From the NCBI GenBank assembly GCA_009859145.1, contig VRVR01000065.1, positions 94,919 to 109,603 of the forward strand: DNA of 14,685 nt, given 5' to 3'. Position numbers and translations under genes: made by a program. The notes under the pieces were generated by a model. The model was not told where the DNA came from and searched no databases. It saw only the letters and a program-made list of their open reading frames with translations. Of this stretch, positions 8,689 to 14,685 are shown piece after piece. The DNA is from Andalucia godoyi And28 (lineage: Eukaryota; Protista; Jakobida). How positions within the stretch are numbered: the stretch's first letter is position 1; each line of letters starts with the position of its first letter.

Positions 8689-9411
8689 ATGAATCAACCG
8701 TTGGCGAACCTTGGTAATGAAGGAACCGCGCTTCCGAAGACGCGGTCTGCAAGAACATATGATATTCAATCACCCATGAATATCGCCCTCTCGGAGTTGC
8801 AACCAGAACTTGTTACCGCAAGAGCAAGTGCACCTTGGCATCCGCAAATGCGGGGCAGTTTACTTGACAACGGTCCATCCGTTTTCAACAGACGCGGCGA
8901 TGTGAGTCCGGACGCTACGGAGGACATGACACTCCTCTTGCGTTTTTCAGAGGTGAATTTTAGATTCACGTTTACGATTGTCAACAAGACACAGTTTCCT
9001 GTACGAGTGAATATAGTTGGGCAGCAAGCTGGCGTTTTTCATTGCCAAACCTATGAATGCATAGTTCTGCCATTCTCGGTCCCATCCTGCGAGATGACCT
9101 CATTTGGAATACAATGCTGCAGAATTTTTTCGCTCACCGTGTCTCAGGCGTGGCAGCGCGCATCTTGTGCGCAACATCAAGTGTGGAGCCAGGCGAGGAA
9201 GGCATGCAGTTTCGACTACGCTGTGAGCGTGAGGTCACATTTCGATAGTAGTGTCGAGGATGTTCAGTCCTCCTCCGACGACGGCCAAATGGCCGAATGT
9301 CCGAAACTACGCGTTCGCGTATTCTCGATGTGTTCGCATTTCAGAAGGCTGTTATTTGAGGAAATCTCAAGGCGTCATGGCGACACTGACTATGAACAAC
9401 CACATTCTTGA
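8689..9411 (+). CDS. Hypothetical protein X-B (240 aa), paralog of X-A
   Basis: The part encoded by 8962-9384 aligns with X-A at roughly one-third identity by manual count; the N-terminus is low-complexity and does not align. Confidence 0.82.
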   Translation: MNQPLANLGNEGTALPKTRSARTYDIQSPMNIALSELQPELVTARASAPWHPQMRGSLLDNGPSVFNRRGDVSPDATEDMTLLLRFSEVNFRFTFTIVNKTQFPVRVNIVGQQAGVFHCQTYECIVLPFSVPSCEMTSFGIQCCRIFSLTVSQAWQRASCAQHQVWSQARKACSFDYAVSVRSHFDSSVEDVQSSSDDGQMAECPKLRVRVFSMCSHFRRLLFEEISRRHGDTDYEQPHS

Positions 9412-9730
9412 TATAAGCGATCAAGTAAAAAAGCGGAGAATTGATGGACGCATGACGGTCAGTATAGTTCAAGCCGAGTTTCTCTCTGAGCACCAGCTGA
9501 TGAATTTTGCAGACGAAACACACGGGTGGCAGCCAGCAATGCAACAACTGCTCCACGGTCCGAAAGGAACACCGTGTGCGCTGTCACGGCCCTGCAGCCA
9601 CGGCGGCAGCAACATTTGCAGATGCTACACACGAGAGCTCGGGTTGGAAAAATCGGTTGGTGGAAGATTCTGCAGCATATGGAAACACAAACAAAGTTAT
9701 TCTCGCACCTCTCCAAAGATTACATTCTGA
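9392..9730 (+). CDS. Possible small ORF, or alternative-frame extension of X-B
   Basis: MNNHILDISDQVKKRRIDGRMTVSIVQAEFLSEHQLMNFADE... overlaps the X-B stop by 20 nt and has an NLS-like KKRR. No homology recognised. Confidence 0.2.
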   Translation: MNNHILDISDQVKKRRIDGRMTVSIVQAEFLSEHQLMNFADETHGWQPAMQQLLHGPKGTPCALSRPCSHGGSNICRCYTRELGLEKSVGGRFCSIWKHKQSYSRTSPKITF

Positions 9731-10319
9731 GAAAAAGGCCCCTCCACTTTTGAGGAACAGAGCTGATACACATCGGAATGTGAAACGTACTGGAGCAGAA
9801 GCACAGCGGCAGCAAAAGCGCAAACGAGAATTATCCAAGCAACAACGAGTGCTCTTGGAACTGAAAATTCCCCATAGGCAGAATGAAAGATCATTTTCCA
9901 GGTTCTTGTAAACGATTTAGGAAAAGGAGCACGCATGAAACAAGACGGTCTGCTGTTGTTGCACTTCTTTTTTAATTAGCAAGTGTCGGGGTGAAGCTGT
10001 TTTTCCACTTTGCTTTGTGAATTTGAATTGAGTCGTGCACTCGCAGAATCCGGTCCATTCAGGTCAATAAAGAACGCCAAAGATTCTGTTTTGCTGAAGG
10101 CCTCCATTCTTGTCTTTCTGTTTTCCAACCTCTGTGAAAACGGTGGGCTCAATTGCAAAAGTCCAAAAAAAAATAATAATTAAAAAATCACAGATGGCGT
10201 ACACCTGCAAATGATGATATTTGATCTCACTATGTCGTGTTTATGCTTTTTGGCAGCAAGAAATCGGGCGTGGCTCAACCAGGGCATCAAAAGCTTTCTG
10301 CAACCTGACGCCCATCTTT

Positions 10320-11402
10320 TCACTGCAAGACTTTCGGCTGAAACAAGGGGGACAAACCAGCAAACTGCAAGTCATCAGGGTGTTCGGTACCGTTGACGGA
10401 TCGGTGCGCAGCGACTTGCTCCACTTCTGGAGTGCTGCAAAATTGGTGACCAACTTCCTGTGCAGCACTGTCCATGGCAATCTTCCTGACAACATCGACG
10501 GAGCACGCATATGGACTCAAGAAAGGGACCGCCGCTTGGTCGGATGTGCAAACAGATGGAAAGTCTCTGGCAGCCGTGTTGGGCCGATTGACAGTTGTTC
10601 TGTCCTGTGCTGTGAATGTGGATTCATCGCACCATCCGCCTCCACGAATCGGATCGTGGAATAGTGAAAGGGAGGAGCAAACATTTCCGATTCCGGGAAC
10701 CTGGAAGGAGTGGTGCTGTAGCATTTGCAGATTTGCGGAGGACGGCAGGTACGAATACGGAGGAATGGAGAGGACAGGACACGATCCTGTCAAGAACACA
10801 GGCGAAACAATGGGGTTAAACCCCCCAGAGTGCTCGAACGCAGGAACGCGGGACACATTGTTTGCAGGGTTGCTGCCTTGCAGTGGTCTGCCGAGTTGCG
10901 CGTATTGCTGCTGGTGCGATTCGAAAGTGGCGGAACGTGCTGTGTATCCAAGCACCGGACACTGTACGGATTGGTCTGCTGCGGGCTGCGCATGCGCATC
11001 GGTATGCAGCAACATTGAGAAATTAGGCAGCACAGACGAAGGCGCGCCGGTTGCAAGCACAGAGACCGCATGGTCGGCATCGTGTGATGAGGCTCTTGGC
11101 GCATAGGCACTTGCGCCTCGCGGCAGCTTGGTTGAATGTTTGTTGCGATAGACTCTCTGAAGGTGCGTACCACGAGCCTTGTCGGAGCCGCTGGTCTCCC
11201 GGCAATTTAGTTCACAGCGCACGTTCCCAGCACCTTTTGGCGGTCGTCCGGGTGTCTTTCCTGTGTACACGCACTCTCGAGACGCGTGTGTACATCTTTT
11301 GCACGGGGGACCAAAGCGGTCGCATTTCTTGTGTGTACCTCGGCAGGCTGTGCAGGAAGTAGGCTGCATTCGGTCTGGGGTACAATCCTGCATTGCAAAC
11401 AT
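10320..11402 (-). CDS. Zn(II)2Cys6 (GAL4-type zinc cluster) transcription factor
   Basis: N-terminal CTACRGTHKKCDRFGPPCKRCTHASRECVY fits C-x2-C-x6-C-x6-C-x2-C-x6-C. It is followed by an AT-hook-like TPGRPPK and a long Ser/Pro/Gln-rich region. 360 aa, intronless. Confidence 0.9.
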   Translation of the reverse strand: MFAMQDCTPDRMQPTSCTACRGTHKKCDRFGPPCKRCTHASRECVYTGKTPGRPPKGAGNVRCELNCRETSGSDKARGTHLQRVYRNKHSTKLPRGASAYAPRASSHDADHAVSVLATGAPSSVLPNFSMLLHTDAHAQPAADQSVQCPVLGYTARSATFESHQQQYAQLGRPLQGSNPANNVSRVPAFEHSGGFNPIVSPVFLTGSCPVLSIPPYSYLPSSANLQMLQHHSFQVPGIGNVCSSLSLFHDPIRGGGWCDESTFTAQDRTTVNRPNTAARDFPSVCTSDQAAVPFLSPYACSVDVVRKIAMDSAAQEVGHQFCSTPEVEQVAAHRSVNGTEHPDDLQFAGLSPLFQPKVLQ

Positions 11403-12010
11403 AAAAGGTAAGGCAGCGAGTTAAAAAGCGAATGGAAAACGGTTTTCGATCGACAGGTTTTATCTGACGTCCATGATTTAACATGAACTTGGAACCGCAA
11501 GGATGGAACGAACAGCAGTGGTCTGTGGTTTGAACTCTTGAACTGTCGACTGAGGTTCCGCAAGAACTGGAACCAGGGATCGGGAGTCCGTGCAGACGCT
11601 ACAAGCAGTGCCAAAGTACGAGCCAGGATTCCGAGCCGGAAGCGATCTCTTCTTTTGCAAATTCCGCTGCCTTTCTTTATATGCTGGCAATTCAAGCGAA
11701 AAATCCGAAATTGAGTCAGAGGACAGCAAGACTTGGCGCTCGCACAAGAAGAATCCATTTCCTGTTTCTACACTTGAACAAGAAACTGCACAACAACGAT
11801 CCGGGGAAGATCAGCTGGTGGGGGGCGGCAATTACTGATTGCGGGCAACAAACAGGAAAAAAAAAGACCCCAAAGGGGTTGGAACGAAGGCGCACAAAGT
11901 TGCATTCTCGAAGTATCCTAAGAAACACTGCAGTCCCAATCTGGATAGTTTTTCTCTTGCTAAACACATTTAGAGACTTTGTCAACACGCTGAAATTCAA
12001 CAGGCCTTGG

Positions 12011-12451
12011 ATGACGACCACATTGGGATTCCAACTGTATGTCAGCGATTGCGAAAAAGTGGCGCGGATCTTGCGCTCAGACGATTTGCAGATTCACGTC
12101 GTCGGGAATGTATGGGAGCTTGGGATGTGGCGTCCGGCCGGATCACGAACGTTTATGCAACGTCTTCCTTCGGACTCCAGCAACTCCTTGTTATTCACGT
12201 CGTCTGTGCAAGTTCCCGCAGGTAAATACTCCAGCATCGAGTACAAGTTCGTCATCTTCGATGCAGCAACCGCCGCTGTTACATGGGAGGACGGCCTTGA
12301 GAGGAACAGAACCCGCATTCTGTCTGGAGCCGAAGCATCTGCGTGCCCCGATTGCAGTAAGCTCCGCTTGGAAGCGTGGAATACGCTGGACTCTCCATGC
12401 CCTTCGCAACACAAGCAGACGCCATTCAGCATGAAATTCTGTTTTCGCTGA
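12011..12451 (+). CDS. Stand-alone CBM20 (starch/glycogen-binding domain) protein, ~146 aa
   Basis: IHVVGNVWELGMW...IEYKFVIFD...VTWEDGLERNRTRIL matches the CBM20 pattern (VVG, LGxW, EYKF, WExGxNR). Start is placed at 12011 because paralog similarity begins at MTTT. Additional exons cannot be excluded. Confidence 0.85.
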   Translation: MTTTLGFQLYVSDCEKVARILRSDDLQIHVVGNVWELGMWRPAGSRTFMQRLPSDSSNSLLFTSSVQVPAGKYSSIEYKFVIFDAATAAVTWEDGLERNRTRILSGAEASACPDCSKLRLEAWNTLDSPCPSQHKQTPFSMKFCFR

Positions 12452-12496
12452 TGCATTGGCGCAAACAGTTGGGACTGGATGTCTGCTCTTTTTCAG

Positions 12497-12720
12497 ATCC
12501 GAACATCAACCCAGCGCTTATATTTCACGTCGTCGGAGCATTTCCAAGTTTCCTGCACTCCGATTGTGAACGACAAGTTTGTTAAAGCGGCTTCCTAAAC
12601 GGTGGAAATGGATGTACTTGGTGGACTCATCGGACGGCGCGCGCTTCGTTCCGGAACTGCATGCAACCAGTCGACGCATCCATTTGATCTCCATTGTGTG
12701 GCTTTGGAGCACTGCATCGG
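12497..12720 (+). repeat. Degenerate partial tandem copy of the CBM20 coding sequence
   Basis: TTCACGTCGTC occurs at 12093, 12194 and 12524. One frame reads LYFTSSEHFQVSCTPIVNDKFVKAAS*...RALRSGTAC against LLFTSSVQVPAGKYSSIEYKFVIFDAA...RILSGAEASAC in the intact gene. Confidence 0.4.
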
Positions 12721-13169
12721 CCAATGTGTTATGTGGAAAGTGGCTTGAAGGACTGGTATCTGTCTCGGAAACGAAGCCACAAGAAGGTCCTTTCTCCGGA
12801 ATCGAGGCGACCTCTTAAGAGCAAAGCGCACTGACGCCGGTTACATCAGCATTTAGTCGGACGGAGCGCATCGGCAACCGTATTAAGTAGAATGACAGAG
12901 AGGTTGCAGGCCTAAGATGCAGAGAGTAATCCTGTCCAACTGATGACGAAGAACGAATTTACACGATCTGAACCGCTGGTACGCTGGAAAAGAAGACCAG
13001 CGATGTCATTGTAACCCTGACGATCACCAACAGCAATGCAGAATGAATTCACTCGCAAACGCCCATGGACTGAGATAGTTTTCCGCGTTCATTATGTGGC
13101 GTATGCTGATCGCCATTTGCTTTCGCTCTGCTCCAGGATGTCGCATATCTGATGCAGCTTTGATAGCAA

Positions 13170-14460
13170 TTGGGTCACCGATGCTTGAGACGCTGCAGCA
13201 TTGGATGCGATCCAAGACGCGGACAAGGATTCGCAAGCAACAGTCATGATTTCGTCACACGACACTTTCTGGAGAACATTCCATCCATTGCAGACGGTCC
13301 TGGCGACGCGTACTTTCATCTGGCCGATGAAAAGGGAGGTGCTCTTTTGTCCGCGCTGTTGAGAGGTATGAGCATGGAAGGCGTTGCCCACGTCGCCCAT
13401 GCACTCAGCACCGATGAGTTGGACTGCATGAATGCAGCCGTGAACCGTTACTGAAATGCACAATCTGCGGCGGGCTATCATCCCGGATCGCATCAGCAGG
13501 GATACGCCGAGCGCCTCCCCGCAGCCGTAATGAATGCTCGTCGATGCAAGATGAGTTTGCACGCACGTGGAGAGGTTCTCGGTATCAGTGAATGCCCGCG
13601 GATGTGTCGATCACCAAAGCTGGAAAAGCTCGTTTTTTAGGACCACTGAATGCTCTTGATACCGAGATTGATCGGGATGTTATCCAACGCTTTGAAACCA
13701 TTTTGTTACAACTGATTCTGATGTGGGAGTACGTTTTTGGATACACGGCGGCTGCACGTTGGGTCCATTTCATGAATATCCAGGAAGAGGATGTGGACGA
13801 TCTTGAGGTGAAACCAGCGAGCCTTCGTGGACGAACCATCCAGGTGATCCAAAGATTGCGGATATCGAGAGCAAGCCAGGCGGTGGTCCAGAGTTCCACG
13901 AAGGCGTTTGGCATGTTGAAGGCCTCTCTCATGAACACATTGTGTCCACTGGCATTGCATACCTCCAGATCGACGATGACATTCTTGGTGGCCGCCTGCG
14001 ATTCCGTAGACCGTATCTGCCAGGCGAGATTGCAGAACTGAAGGATAGTATTCCACAGGAGTTCGGCAAGCTTTCTCTGGCGAATATTGCAGGCATCTTG
14101 CGTCTCGGCTCCGTGGAACCGGCCGCAGACTATATTGTTGTCTTTCCGAATAGCCATCAGCACAACCTGGAGTGTATCACAGCGTACCGATCATTGTCGT
14201 CACTCGCGACTACGCCGGATCGATTGATTCGCCGAATTGTCTGCTTCTTCCTGGTGAATCCAGAAGAGAAGATTGTCTCTACTTCTGATGTTGTCGTTCT
14301 TCCTAGTCAGATTCTTGACTATGAAACCGCATGCCGCGTTCGAGAAGCAATGATGAAGGAGTGTGCTATGATCAAAAAAGATCTCAATCGGGATTTCTAC
14401 CACTACTATAACTTTTTTGTGAACACTGATTATGGCTATTGTAATCCGGCACGTTCTTGA
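13170..14460 (+). pseudogene. DUF4246-family gene with multiple lesions (5' boundary approximate)
   Basis: Family motifs appear in order across three frames: GYHPGSHQQ (13473), RYQ*MPADV (TGA 13589), SLRGRTIQVI / [P]KIADIE (one base missing at ~13850), EGVWHVEGLSHEHIV, FPNSHQH and RRIVCFFLVNPEEKIVST. Another TGA is at 13452, and the expected DLVHPS segment is absent. Confidence 0.78.
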
Positions 14461-14685
14461 AGAAATGGACATAAATCAAACACTGCGACCATTTTACACA
14501 CTGTGTCCATTCCAAAACAGAGATTTCTAAAGCAGCAATGCACATCCGAGGATGAAAATGGCATAGGGAAGACGGCGGCAGTGCTGGTGCTTGTCCAAGG
14601 AAATCCGTGCCATTGTAGGTCGCCAACAATCATCCTTTCATTTCCGTGTCTACATTACAAGCACTCATTCCATCTTCATGCCAGG

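Noticed and set aside
10474-11362. Plus-strand ORFs of up to 210 aa opposite the Zn2Cys6 gene
   Set aside because: Antisense shadows without motifs.
11681-12010. 110-codon N-terminal extension of the CBM20 ORF
   Set aside because: Similarity to the paralog begins at MTTT (12011), and the extension contains A and G homopolymer runs typical of promoter/UTR sequence.
12920-13020. Box C/D snoRNA-like arrangement (TGATGA...CTGA...CTGA) with a short CGCTGG/CCAGCG hairpin
   Set aside because: Box C lacks the leading purine, there is no terminal stem, and I recognised no rRNA-complementary guide.
3739-13591. Three in-frame TGA codons (3739, 13452, 13589), two at expected Trp positions, suggesting UGA=Trp recoding
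   Set aside because: TGA terminates apparently intact genes here (OBAP, KGG, CysK-like, Zn2Cys6), TGG is used for Trp throughout, and the DUF4246 locus also has frameshifts and a deletion. TGG->TGA is a common single transition, so pseudogenisation is simpler. A genome-wide codon-versus-alignment analysis would settle it.
1-14685. Bacterial origin, rRNA/tRNA genes, CRISPR arrays or transposons
   Set aside because: The spliceosomal intron and Zn2Cys6 gene indicate a eukaryote. I saw no tRNA T-loop/cloverleaf, regular repeat-spacer pattern, terminal inverted repeats or transposase/RT motifs.

Overview
Gene-dense, intron-poor eukaryotic DNA from a microbial eukaryote (protist or fungus; the taxon cannot be assigned from this window). 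The eukaryotic call rests on a clean GT-AG intron in the catalase gene and a Zn(II)2Cys6 transcription factor. Gene order: <- large-subunit catalase (runs off the left edge; unusual distal-pocket residues) | DUF1264/OBAP -> KGG stress peptide -> CBM20 pseudogene -> orphan X-A -> small membrane protein -> <- divergent cysteine-synthase-like PLP enzyme | orphan X-B (paralog of X-A) -> <- Zn2Cys6 factor | stand-alone CBM20 -> DUF4246 pseudogene ->. Most notable: a catalase and a CysK-like enzyme with intact catalytic cores but altered substrate-pocket residues; a catalase/OBAP/KGG dormancy-stress trio; a duplicated unrecognised ~140-aa domain; and a recurrent AAACRCTGC motif found upstream of several + strand genes. 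I saw no rRNA, tRNA, CRISPR array or transposase. Family assignments and reference residue numbers come from recalled motifs, not from database searches.
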